Below, piece by piece: positions 49,731 to 62,333 of a stretch of DNA of 64,000 nt (the first letter of the stretch is position 1; every line of letters starts with the position of its first letter). The DNA comes from Mobula hypostoma. Its lineage: Eukaryota. The DNA is taken from the NCBI RefSeq assembly GCF_963921235.1, contig NC_086108.1, forward strand, positions 51,956,001-52,020,000, read 5' to 3'. Under the pieces are notes generated by a model. It made no database searches. It was not told the DNA's origin and saw nothing but the letters and a program-made list of their open reading frames with translations. The position numbers and the translations under genes are program-made.

Positions 49731-52700
49731 TGCTATTGCTGTTGCTGGTCATTAGTCACAGTTTTGGATTGTTGCTGCAATAATTTTATGTTGATAGTTC
49801 TGCTTTATTTATATTCACAAATGCCATTATGGTCCAGAGTTACCTGGATTTGGCCAAATTCTTCACCATCAACAGGTGGTGAGACACCTGTGACTTTTGG
49901 TTCTCTCCTTACTACTTCTTTGTACTAGTTACTACTTTTAAAATAAAGTTCATTTCATTATGTCATTTAATATGTAGATTTTGCAAAGGAAGAGTAACGA
50001 CGGGAGCCATGGTAAACACAATGCAAGATGGCTTTTAAACATTATTCACTGAGAAGGGTGAATGTGTTTATGTAGCAATGGAGAGAAAGGTCACGTATTA
50101 CACTTTAGGGGGTGACTATGAGCCTTTAATTTTTAGGGAAAAAGCAGTATAAAATCAGCATACTTGCCAAGTTTCAATCTTTTTTGAGTGAGGCCTGCTG
50201 TTTTTAATTAATACTTGTAACCTCTGTTAACCTGTATCCGAGTTTAAATATCAGTGCGATTATGCATACAATGAAACTGTTTTTCTTTCACTTCCTGGAA
50301 GCAATGACTCATGCTGGGGCACTTTCTATATGCTCCATCAATGCTTCAGTGCCTCACTCTTGAGGCCATTTTACATTTTGAGTCTATCCAGTGTGCTGAC
50401 AGCCCATTTGACCACAGGGAGCATCATTGCTGATCCGAAACCTGCCCATGACCATCACTTCCTTGCACATAAATTTCATCAGAACTTATTGGCTTTGCTT
50501 TCAACATTAGACCAATGTCCCCTGTGAAGTAATTCCAATTGTAAGTCATATACCTGAGTAAACCTGCACCAAAATCATAATTAAAATTGGCAAGATGCTT
50601 TTTTTTCATTTAGAACCCACAATATGGCTAGATTGCTTCAATAAATTCTTCCCTACATCCAGCTCATTTTTATGCATGTTTTATCTCTTTATGTTTCTCT
50701 CTGTCATCATGTTCCATTTCATGGAATATTTAAATTGCACTTGGTTTCACTCCTTAATAATTGAACACAAAGGAGATTCTTACATCTGTAAGGCATCGAT
50801 CCTGATTCAACAGGACTAGACATTACTTTCTTACACAGGTGGCTTTTCTATAATTTTCTGTCTTTGTAGCAGGAAGCAGCCCTTTATGCACAGTCTTGTA
50901 TGAGCATATACATTAAACATATGCAGAATTATATTTTTAAAAATGGAAGCTAAAATGAACTAATTTAGCATTGGCCTTGGACTGAATTTAAGACTATTTC
51001 AGTTTTAGTTTTGCAGCTAACCAGTAATTTATCTTGCATGCAAGGAAATCTCCTCTTCATTCAAAACTATGCCAAATTTGTTTTTAAAGTTTAGTCTATA
51101 TATATATATATGTATAATAAAATTTAAATATGCATAAGTAAATGAATATACATATAAAATAAAATTATATGTTAATATATTGGTGTAACATCCCCAATGA
51201 CTCATGGTAACCCCTAGCAGGAATATGTGAGGTGGCATTGAAAAGCTTGAATCTATTCAACAGGATGGCAGCAGAATGCAGCCCCAAATTGCCCACCCAC
51301 CAATGCCATCAAGTACCTTCTCTCCCACTGATTACTGAGCTGCAGCTTCTGCAATGGCCTCATCAGCTACTCAGAACCCACAGAATCAGTGTGGAAGAAA
51401 GTCATCTTCTTTTCTGATATTACTTATTCACAGTATATACTTATCAAAAAATATTTATTTTCATTGTATTGGAGAGTCTCTATTGTACACCATAAAATGC
51501 AGTAGCTCATCTTCAGATGCTCTATTATTCCAGGAGCAAGTTAGTGATTCTGCATTTCAGCATCTGTCCATTTTCTCAGTTCCCAATTCCTTCACCAACC
51601 TCTGGATTGGGTTCTGAGCTCTATTGTGGAAAAAGGATCTTAAGTCGCTGCTATTGACTGAATTGTTTGACATTTTACTACCTTTTGACAGCTGAAGAAC
51701 ACAGTCGTTGATCTGTCTCATCATGTCACAAGAGTGCCTTACTTCTCTCTTTCATCATTGCATGATAGTATACAGAGGCTTGTCCTACAGGCATGATTAG
51801 GTTCACTTTGCATAACCTTGTTTATATATGAGATGTAGTTAAGACAACATTTTTAAAGGCTCTCCTTGGCCAGGTGTCAAAGTGTTAGACATCAGCAGAA
51901 TGACTGTTACTCTAATGGCTGTACAGCAGTTTTGGTCTGTAGATTAAATGCCCATGAGTAATCACAGTTTATGCTCTGTAGTGTTCTCATCAAGACCCAA
52001 GTTAAAAGTTAATTACTTTCATATGTTGTACTTGCCATATCCTCTGGTGTATGACGGAAAGTGAAAACGCTTAAATTAATAAATAAACTGTTTTGGTATT
52101 TGGGATAGAAATCGCGTGTTTGGGCAAATGACTGGCAGGGTGCCAAGGGTCAGAGATGGGATTTCAGGTCAAGCATTTGCTTTTCTTGTACACTTAAATT
52201 GTTATTCTGCATGTCTAGCTCAAAGTCTGAGCAAAATATTTCCAAGCACATTTCCTGCCAAAACTCTGGAGTTTGATAGGGATAAAGTTTTATGATTTTG
52301 CTATTTATTTTTTTCTCTTCCTTTAGGAGCTGATAGTCCTGCTGTCACCACCTGATTTCTATTTCCTCCAATAAAAGCCATACCCCTATAAACCCTCCCC
52401 CCTCAATATTTGCAACAGTTTCTCCCCTACTCCTTTCCATTTCAGAGGCCTCGTTGACAACCACACTTCAGCAATCATGGCCTCATCACCAATCCTACGT
52501 TCATTGCCTCAGCCTTGATCTAGTGACTTTGCATTCCAGTACCAGTCCCACATCTCAACCCTCGCTTCCCTCACCAACCCCTTGGCAGCTTTGCAATCCT
52601 CAATGAAAGAAAGGAAGCTGGAATTAATTAACGCTACAAGTTAGATATTATAAAAAATAAAAAAGTTATTAAAAATATCACTTTAAAAATATCCAGTCCA

Positions 52701-53146
52701 TATGAGAGTATAGAGGTTACACATTCTGATGAATTTCAATATGTATAATTGTCCTCAACTCCAGCTATATCTACAGTTGAAAAACAAATATATATCAGCA
52801 GGGATTCTATTTATGTATTGATCTGAGATATTAGCTAATGTCATGTAAACTAATATTTCGTTTAGCTCTCCATTCAGATAAACCTGCCAAATTTTAGTAT
52901 GTTATGCTGAATCTATGTATTCTTTTAGTGTTGTGATTGGAGAGAATTGCTGTTTGTCAACTTTTCAGCCACTGGAGGCCAAGGACTGATCAGGAACACA
53001 GCATGGCTTTGCTCATGGGAAATCATCTCTCACAAATGTAATTGAGATTTTATGACGAGGTGACTGAGAGAATTGACAGGAGCAGGGTAGATGTTGCCTG
53101 CATGGACTTCAGCAAATCTTTTAACAAGGTTCCACATGGTAGACTG

Positions 53147-53760
53147 TGTTAGGAAGTATTCTGGAGTTATGTGGGTAGAGCAGATATTAATTCAAACAGG
53201 AACCAATCTTCAGTTCTTATTATAAATGTAAATTAAATTCAGAACAGTTGCAATTAGCCTTCAGTCCTTATTATAAATTGCAAGCAGTAAATTGAAGACT
53301 ACAGACACGTGCAACAGCTGAAATTTAAAACAATGGGATTGTATTAAACCAGGCAACATGGCTAAATTGTTTGCACCATTGTGACTTGAGTTCAAGCTGG
53401 CAGACCAGACAGATGTTGTCACTTAACATATCAAACATAGTCACAGGTCACAGGTGCAAACAATAGGTATAGGCAATCGATAGTTTTTGTGTACTTACCA
53501 GAGTTGTGTGCTCAGAGACAGCCCTGACAATATTACTTTTGGGTGCCTGGCACTTTGTCATCAGATGTTTTTTAGAATATTTGTGTTAATTAGTTTCTCC
53601 CAAAGGTGTTTGGGAGAAACACCTTCAGAGGTGTCTTATTTTGAATTTGTGAGCCTCCACTGAGAGTGTCTCCAGAATGATGCCTGCTTGTTGTGATGAA
53701 TACAGACTTCTATACCACCAGCTTCTGTGTCTCTCAGTGACTTTGATCACAGTCACAACA
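53147..53760. mobile_element. Probable solo LTR, 614 bp
   Basis: TGTT...AACA termini and GACTG/GGCTG 5-bp flanks; splits the CR1 RT after PHGRL. Confidence 0.75.
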
Positions 53761-54544
53761 GGCTGGTCCAGAGGTTGAATTATATGAGATCCAAGGTGAG
53801 CAGGCCAGTGGATACATATTTGGCTTGGTGGTTGAAGTCAGAGGCTGATACTGAAGAGTTGCTTCTCAGGTTAGAAGCCTGAGACCAGTGTTGTGCTGCA
53901 GGTCTCTGAGTTTGGTCCACTGTTATTTGGCATATACAAATAATTGGTATGAAACTGTATGTGGCATGATCAGTAAGTCTGCAGATGGCACCAAAATTGC
54001 CACTGTGATGGACATTGCGGAATGTTGTCTAAGGCTAAAACAGGATTGAAATCAACTGGGAAAGTTGCCAAATAAATGGTAGTTGGAATTTACCTTGGAA
54101 AAGTGCAAGGTGATATATTTTGGGAAGTTGAACTAGGGCAGGAGTGACACAGAAAATGACGGGGCTCTGTGGAGTGGTGTATAACAGAGAGACCTAGGGT
54201 TAAAAGTACATAGCTCCCCAAAAGTGCTAACACAGGTAGGCAAAGTGGCAAATGGTATGCTTTCTTTGGGACGGGGAACAAGAGTTGGGATGTTACGTTA
54301 CAGCAGTATTGGACATTGGTGAGACCACACCCAGAATATTGTGTGCAGTTCTGGATGCCGTATTACAGGAGGGATGCGAGTATGATAGAGAGGCTGTAGA
54401 AAGGATGGAAATGGAGGTCTTGAGTTATGGTGAGAGACTGGAAGGGCTGTTTTCTCTGGAGTGAATGAGGTTAAGGGATGACAGAGGTTTATAAAATCAT
54501 AAATGGCATAGATAATGTGGATGTCAGTCTTTTTCCGAGGGTCG

Positions 54545-54925
54545 TCATCATCATTTTTATGTGCCGTGTTATGTGACATAGGCGATTCTGCTCCAATGAC
54601 CGTGATTGCTCTTGGCAAGTTTGTCTATAGAAGTGGTTTGCATTGCCACCTTCTGGGCAGTGTTTTTACAAAACAGGTGACCTCAACCATTACCAGTACT
54701 GTTCAGAGATTATCTGCCTGGCACCAATGGTCACATACTTGTGATATGCACCAGTTGCTCATATAACCATCCACTGCCTGCTCCCGTAGCTTCATATGAC
54801 CCTGTTCGGGAGTGGGGGGGCTAAGAAGGTGCTACACCTTGCCCAAGAGTGACCTGCAGGCTAGCAGAGGGAAGGAGCACTTTACACTCTTTTTAGTAGA
54901 GATATATCTCCACCCCACCATCCCA
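54545..54925 (-). mobile_element. RTE-tailed SINE-like insertion
   Basis: (CAT)n end, GAAGTGGTTTGCATTGCCACCTTC RTE-SINE-like motif; TTCCGAGGGT/TTCCAAGTGT flanks within the CR1. Confidence 0.55.
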
Positions 54926-56563
54926 TTTCCAAGTGTAGGGCATTCTAAGACTAGAGGGCATAGATTTACGTGATAGGGGAAAGATTTAAAGGTGACCTGA
55001 GGGGCAAGATTTTCTACACACAGAGTGGTGGGTCTATAGAAAAAGCTGCCAGAGGAAGTGGTTTAGTTAGAACACTTAAAAGACATTTGGGCAGGTTGTG
55101 TGACAGGAAAGGTTTAGAGGATAAGTGAGTCTAGCTCAAGAAGACATCTTGATCAGCATGGATGAGTGGAACTGAAGGGCCTTATTTGTACTCTATGGGT
55201 CTGTAAACAAATATCACACATAGTGAATCTCACTGCTTCAGATTTTTAATCATTGTAGGAGCGATAAATATTAAAATTTAGAAAAATCGTTACTTACTCT
55301 TTCTATTTCTCTTGGTCTTAATCTAACCTTTCATTCCTACCCTTCCTATCTTGATGTGGCATTGAATTCATTCACTGCAAGTTTGATTTTCTTGTTGAGA
55401 CTTTGTCCTGAATTCAAATTCCTCCTTGTATGTTACAGTCCATGTAATGGCGGGGTAAAAGAAATTACTGACATCAAAATATTTGAACATGTGAATACAC
55501 CCCAGAAACATCCAAAGCACCTGAAGGAACTGATGTCAGGATGTTATTGAATGTTTCTTTTGAAGGACCTCATCATTGTATGATGATTGGGGATGTGCGA
55601 AAACAGACTGCAGATAAATAGAAACTGAAACGATAAGATCAATGAAAATTGCTCTCATTAGATATTTCAGTATTGTTTCCATTGCAATATCTTCCATTAC
55701 ACTCACAATCAAAAGATCTGCAAAGATAAGCAATGATAAAATGTTTTGAAATTCTGAAGATGCTGGTTCATTGCATCCATTGAAGGATATGATCATGACA
55801 ATGACTGACTGGTATTTGAAGAAAGGCTTGCATACATACAAAATATATATTCCTTTAAGCACACCATAAAAAGTGTTTTCTTTGTGACTTACAAGAGAAG
55901 TTGCAGATAGTATCAAATCCCAGAGACTCGTAATTTATTAGACTCACAAATTATTAGAAATAGCAGCAGCCTCAGGAATGGCAGTATTTTAGAAAAAGAA
56001 AGACTAGATTAAAATTCAGAACAGCCCTGGCAAGAACCACAAAAGCAAATTGTAAAAGGTTCCATCATCGAATTGAAAAGAAAAGAATAGTAAGGGCAAG
56101 ACTAGGTTCCTTAGGGACAGAAATGTGAGAATTTATTATGGGGAATAAGGAAACAGTAAAGGAATTAAACAGTTACATTGTATCTGTCTTCACAGAAGAG
56201 GGCATACAAATTTTGTCAGATATGTGAGAAAATCAAAGATCTAGTGAGAATGAGGGATTAATAGAAAGAAGCATTGATGAAATATTAGCACTAGAGAAAC
56301 CGATTTATCAGCTTGAAAGCCAATAAATCCCAAAGACTTGATGAACTACATCCTGATGTTTTGAAAGAAGTAACTTGAGAGAGAGTATTTATTGTGGTTA
56401 TGATCTTCCTAAATTCCATTCTGGATTGAAGGATAACAAATGTGACCCCGCAGTTTAAAAAAAAGACGGAAGAGTTAAAATAGAGAACTATTAACCTCTT
56501 AATCTAACATTAGTGGATGTGAAAATGCTAGAATTTATAACGTAAATTCTAAATTCATTAGGC

Positions 56564-57403
56564 GAGCTGCAGCTCCTAAGGGACCGTGTTAGGGAATTGG
56601 AGCTGCAGCTCGATGAACTTCGTCTGGTCAGGGAGAGTGAGGAGTTGATAGAGAGGAGTTACAGGCAGGTGGTCACACTGGGGCCACGGGAGGCAGACAA
56701 ATGGGTCACGGTTAGGAGGGGGAAGGGGAAGAGTCAGGTACTAGAGAGTACCCAAGTGGCTGTACCCCATGACAGTAAGTACTCCTGTTTGAGTGCTGTT
56801 GAGGGGGACAGCCTACCTGGGGGAAGCAACAGTGGTCGTGCCTCCAGCACAGAGTCCCGCCCTGTAGCTCAGAAAGGTAGGGAAAGGAAGAGGAGGGCAG
56901 CAGTAATAGGGGACTCGATAGTTAGGGGGTCAGATAGGCGATTCTGTGGACGCAGTCAGGAGACCCGGATGGTAGTTTGCCTCCCTGGTGCCAGGGTCCA
57001 GGATGTTTCTGATCACATCCAAGATATCCTGAAGTGGGAGGGTGAGTAGCCAGAGGTTGTGGTACATATAGGTACCAATGACATAGGTAGGAAAAGGGAA
57101 GAGGTCCTGAAAGGAGAATATAGGGAGTTAGGAAGGGAGTTGAGAAGAAGGACCACAAAGGTAGTAATCTCGAGATTACTGCCTGTGCCACACAACAGTG
57201 AGAGTAGGAATGGAGTGAGGTGGAGGATAAATGAGTGGCTGAAAGATTGGAGTAGGGGGCAGGGATTCAAGTTTCTGGATCATTGGGACCTCTTTTGGAA
57301 CAGGTGTGACCTGTACAAAAAGGACAGGTTGCACTTGAATCCTAAGAGGACCAATATCCTGGCGGGGAGATTTGCGAAGGCTACTGGGGAGACTTTAAAC
57401 TAG
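56564..57403 (+). pseudogene. CR1 ORF1 (coiled coil and SGNH/GDSL esterase)
   Basis: VIGDSIVRG..LPGA..VHIGTND..DRLHLN; one in-frame stop at 57047-57049. Confidence 0.92.
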
Positions 57404-57609
57404 AATGGTTGGGGGGTGGGAATCAAATTGAAGAGACTAGGAGAGAGGAGGTTAGTTCACATATAGAGAAAGCTAGTAGACTGTGTGAAGGAGGATAGGC
57501 AGGTGACAGAGAAGGGGAGTGCTTAAACCGAAGATGTAGGGGAGAAGGAAGAAAAAGATAATAAAGTTGTTTGCACCATTAGGGATAAACAGAGAGTAAG
57601 AGGTGGAGG

Positions 57610-60310
57610 GCTTCTTAAATGCATCTATTTTAATGCAAGAAAGGAGGATGAGCTTAGAGCATGGATTGATACCTGGAAATGTGATGTTGTAGCTATTAGT
57701 GAAACATGGTTGCAGGAGGGGTGTGATTGGCAACTAAATATTCCTGGATTTCGTTGCTTCAGGTGTGATAGAATCAGAGGGGCAAGAGGGTGAGGTGGTG
57801 CATTGCTTGTCAGGGAAAATATTACAGCGGTGCTTTGGCAGGATAGATTAGAGGGCTCATCTAGGGAGGCTATTTGGGTGGAATTGAGGAATGGGAAAGG
57901 TGTAGTAACACTTCTAGGGGTGTATTATAGGCCACCTAATGGGGAGCGAGAATTGGAGGAGTAAATTTGTAAGGATATAGCAGATATTTGTAGTAAGCAC
58001 AAACTTGTGATTGTGGGAGATTTTAATTTTCCACACATAGACTGGGAAGCCTATTCTGTAAAAGGGATGGATGGTTTGGAGTTTGTAAAATGGGTGCAGG
58101 ATAGTTTTTTGCAGCAATACATAGAGGTACCAACTAGAGAAGGGGCAGTGTTGGATCTTCTGTTAGGGAATGAGATAGGTCAGGTGACGGAGATATGCGT
58201 TGGGGAGCACTTCGGGTTCAGTGATCACAATGCCATTAGTTTCAATATAATTATGGAGAAGGATAGGACTGGATCCGGGGTTGAGATTTTTGATTGGAGA
58301 AAGGCTAACTTTGAGGAGGTGCAAAAGAATTTAGAAGGAGTGGATTGGGACAATTTGTTTTATGGGACGGATGTAATAAAGAAATGGAGGTCATTTAAAG
58401 GTGAAATTTTGAGGGTACGGAATATTTATGTTCCTGTTAGGTTGAAAGGAAAGGTTAAAAGTTTGAGAGAGCCATGGTTTTCAAGGGATATTGGAAACTT
58501 GGCTTGGAAAAAGAGAGAGATCTACAATAAATATAGGAAACATGGAGTAAATGAGGTGCTCGAGGAATATAAAGAAGGTAAAAAGAATCTTAAGAAAGAA
58601 ATTAGAAAAGCTAAAAGAAGATGTGAGGTTGCTTTGGCAACTAAGGTGAAAATAAATCCAAAAGGTTTCTACAGTTGTATTAATAGCAAAAGGATAGTGA
58701 GGGATAAAATTGGTCCCTTAGAGAATCAGAGTGGACAGCTATGTGCGGAGCCAAAAGAGATGGGGGAGATTCTGAACATTTTATTTTCTTCAGTATTCAC
58801 TAAGGAGAAGGATATTGAATTGTGTAAGGTAAGGGAAACAAGTAGGGTAGTTATGGAAACTATGATGATTAAAGAAGAGGAAGTACTAGTGCTTTTAAGG
58901 AATATAAAAGTGGATAAGTCTTCAGGTCCTGACAGGATATTCCCATGGACCTTGAGGGAAGTTGGTGTAGAAATAGCAGGGGCTCTGACAGAAATATTTC
59001 AAAATGTCATTAGAAATGGGGATAATGCCGGAGGATTGGAGTATTGCTCATGTGGTTCCATTATTTAAAAAGGGTTCTAAGAGTAAACCTAGCAATTATT
59101 GGCCTGTAAGTTTGACATCAGTGGTGGGTAAATTAATGGAAAGTATTCTTAGAGATGGTATGTATAATTATCTGGATAGACAGGGTCTGATTACGAACGG
59201 TCAACATAGACTTGTATGTGGAAGGTCATGTTTGACAAGTCTTATTGAATTTTTTGAAGAGGTTACTAGGAAAATTGACGAGGGTAAAGCGGTGGATGTT
59301 GTCTATATGGACTTCAGCAAGGCCTTTGACAAGGTTCCACATGGAAGGTTAGTTAGGAAGGTTCAATCGTTAGGTATTAATATTGGGAGATGCCAGAGAG
59401 TAGTGGTGGATAACTGTTTGTCAGGTTGGAGGCTGGTGACTAGTGGTGTGCCTCAGGGATCTGTACTGGGTTCAATGTTGTTTGTCATATACATTAATGA
59501 TCTGGATGATGGGGTGGTAAATTGGATTAGTAAGTATGCAGATGATACTAAGATAGGTGGTGTGGATAATGAAGTAGGTTTTCAAAGCTTGCAGAGAGAT
59601 TTGGGCCAGTTAGAAGAGTGGGCTGAAAGATGGCAGATGGAGTTAATGCTGAAAAATGTGAAGTGCTACATTTTGGTAGGACTAATCAAAATAGGACATA
59701 CATGGTAAATGGTAGGGCATTGAAGAATGCAGTAGAACAGAGGGATCTAGGAATAATGGTGCTTAGTTCCCTGAAGGTGGAATCTCATGTGGATAGGGTG
59801 GTGAAGAAAGCTTTTGGTGTGCTGGCCTTTATAAATCAGAGCATTGAGTATAGGAGTTGGGATGTAAGGTTAAAGCTGTACAAGGCATTGGTGAGGCCAA
59901 ATTTGGAGTATTGTGTACAGTTCTGGTCACCGAATTATAGGAATGATGTCAACAAAATAGAGAGAGTACAGAGGAGATTTACTAGAATGTTACCTGGGTT
60001 TCAGCACCTAAGTTACCGAGAAAGGTTGAACAAATTAGGTCTTTATTCTTTGGAGCGTAGAAGGTTGAGGGGGGACTTGATCGAGGTATTTAAAATTATG
60101 AGGGGGATAGAGTTAACGTGGATAGGCTTTTTCCATTGAGAGTAGGGGAGATTCAAACAAGAGGACATGAGTTGAGAGTTAAGGGGCAAAGATTTAGGGG
60201 TAACACGAGGGGGAACTTCTTTACTCAGAGAGTGGTAGCTGTGTGGAATGAGCTTCTAGTAGAAGTGGTAGAGGCAGGTTCGATTTTGTCATTAAAAAAA
60301 AATTGGATAG
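57610..60310 (+). pseudogene. CR1 ORF2 (APE endonuclease and reverse transcriptase)
   Basis: KCIYFNAR, SETW, YYRPP, IVGDFNFP, SDHN, PQGS, YADD, RPNLEYCVQFW; a few stops, frameshifts and small deletions. Confidence 0.96.
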
Positions 60311-61437
60311 GTCTATGGACAGGAAAGGAATGGAGGGTTATGGGCTGAGTGCAGGTAGATGGGACTAGGTGAGAGTAAGCGTTCGGCACGGACTAGAAGG
60401 GCCGAGATGGCCTGTTTCCGTGCTGTAATTGTTATATGGTTATATGGTTAATGTAGGATGTATTAGCAGAAGTACTTGAAAAGGAGAATAGGATTAAGCA
60501 GAGTCAACATGGATTTGGTTTTCAGATAGAAAGCAAAGACTGAATAATGAATCATTCTAAGGTTGGCAGCTTGTGACTAGTTGTGTGCTCATAGATCCAC
60601 CATCTATATCAACAGTTTGGTTGAGGGCCAGGTGTCATATTTCTAACTTTGCTGACAACACTAAATTAGGAAGATTGGTAGTTTGGAGAGGGATATAAAG
60701 GGAATATGGACATGCTGAGGGAATGGGTGAGAATATGGGAGATGGCGTATAATGTGCAACATGTGAGGGTCCACAAAACAGAAAAACAATATTTTTTATA
60801 TTGTGAGACTGTGTGGTGTTATGTTTGAAGGGACCTCGGTGTTAATACACAAGGCCAACATGTAGTAAAGTGATTAGGAGGGTAACCTTCAGCCCTTCCC
60901 ATGAGAGGATTTGAGTGCAGAAGTAAATTGTACAGTACATAGCTTTGATGGGACTACACTTGAAGAATTTTTGTATGTATGGTTTTGGTCTTGTTACCTA
61001 AGTAAGAATTGACTTGTCATAGAGGGAGTGCAGTAAATATTCACTAGACTATTTCTAGGAATGGCAGGTGTGCTGTATGATGAAAGAACAAGGAGAACAG
61101 AACTGTGATCCTTAAATTCAGAAAAACTCGAGATTTCATTGAAACTGAAAATCATTGAAGGGCTTGAAAGGTGAGATACAAATAGGATGATTCATCTGAC
61201 TAATGAGTCCAGGAGCAAGGAGATAATTTGAAATAAGATATGGTTATATATGACTGAGCTGCCAAGTACTATCCTCATTCAGAGAGTAGTCTTTTGGAAC
61301 TCTCTACTCCAGAGTGTTGTCGAGGCTCAGTTGCAGTGTTCACTCACAACAGAATTCAGTCAATTTACAGAAACTAAAGGAAAAGGGGGTTAAGGACATG
61401 GTGTGGGGAAATGAATGAAGAACCAGAAGAACTGCCA

Positions 61438-61523
61438 GGCAACACACATCAAAGTTGCTGGTGAACGCAGCAGGCCAGGCAGCATCTCTAGGAAGAGGTA
61501 CAGTCAACATTTCAGGCCAAGAA
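61438..61523 (-). mobile_element. Short Penelope-tail insertion truncated inside the hammerhead
   Basis: Reverse complement of the family tail (CAAAGTTGCTGGTGAACGCAGCAGGCCAGGCAGCATCT..CAGTCAACATTTCAGGCC). Confidence 0.75.
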
Positions 61524-61989
61524 GACCTGTCTTATTGACTGGTGGAACAGTCAAGGGATTGGGTGGCCTATTCCTGTTCCTATTTATTACGCTCTTATGT
61601 AATAGGTGATGAATGATAAGTTGGCCAAAGTACAGCAGTGTTGTGCATCAAAAACTTAATGTGATACACTTAGAACGTTTCTGAGAGATGTGTTAAGGCC
61701 CTTAATAAATGTCGATCTTTCTTTAGCTTCTTAAGTCGTACAAAGTGTGCGTGGATAATAAATATAAATGGGCTTCTTGACAAATTATTTTAGGGTTACT
61801 GCTGACTGATGTAGAGCCATTGATAGCTATCGCAATTAATTTGCTTTAAGCACTAGTTCCACTGGTTCTCTGTTCATTTATTTTTCTTTTCGGTTTGTGT
61901 TATTTTCAGATACTCTAGCTGTGAAAGAGTTAAATCAAAACATTTTGTGTAATTCCACAACTAAATGAAATCAAAAAAATCCAATGATA

Positions 61990-62155
61990 TCTGTGTGTGT
62001 GAGTGTCAGAGAGTGTGAGGGAGGCAGAGAAATGGGTGGAGGGGGATATAGGGAGAGGGGGAGGGGCGGAGGGAGAGAGTGAAAGAAAGGGAGGGATATA
62101 GGGAGAGGAGGAGGGGAGGGGGCAGAGGAAGAGAAGGAGAGGGAGAAAAAGAAAT
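61990..62155. repeat. Purine-rich low-complexity tract
   Basis: G/A-rich run, read directly. Confidence 0.8.
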
Positions 62156-62333
62156 AAATGGTTGTGGTCAAGAATAGCAAATGCTATTCCATGCTTTTTG
62201 CACATCATCACCATTGTGTTCTAAGGTCTGTCCCCAGAGTAATTTTACTAGATGGTTAGAGGAAAAATGAACCTTTGAGGGGAACAGCAACTGACATATC
62301 AGAAGTATATAATAGATTAGCGTAAACTCTCCC

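Larger units (their letters stand above)
52985..55205 (+). mobile_element. Decayed CR1 LINE hosting two nested insertions
   Basis: QHGFAHGKSSLTN..MDFSKSFNKVPHGRL|..SKSADGTKI..RPHPEYCVQFW..TRGH, and 3' tail. Confidence 0.85.
56560..60449 (+). mobile_element. Young 5'-truncated CR1 LINE
   Basis: ORF1 3' part, a nearly complete ORF2, 3' hairpin GGGCCGAGATGGCCT and (GTTATATG)n tail. Confidence 0.97.
55990..61420 (+). mobile_element. Old CR1 LINE split by the young CR1
   Basis: NVTPQFKK..NYxPLNLTLVDVKMLE before 56545 resumes as SQHGF..ISNFADNTKL after 60450. Confidence 0.7.

Noticed and set aside
52300-52345. Strong splice acceptor (also one at about 61880-61909)
   Set aside because: No matching donor site or recognisable coding sequence follows.
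55536-55916. 126-aa hydrophobic ORF as a membrane protein
   Set aside because: No ATG start, composition expected from AT-rich antisense DNA, and no motif recognised.
58007-60139. Intact active LINE ORF2
   Set aside because: It is split by frameshifts (about 59000 and 59640), has upstream stops and a deletion near 59385, and the element is 5'-truncated.
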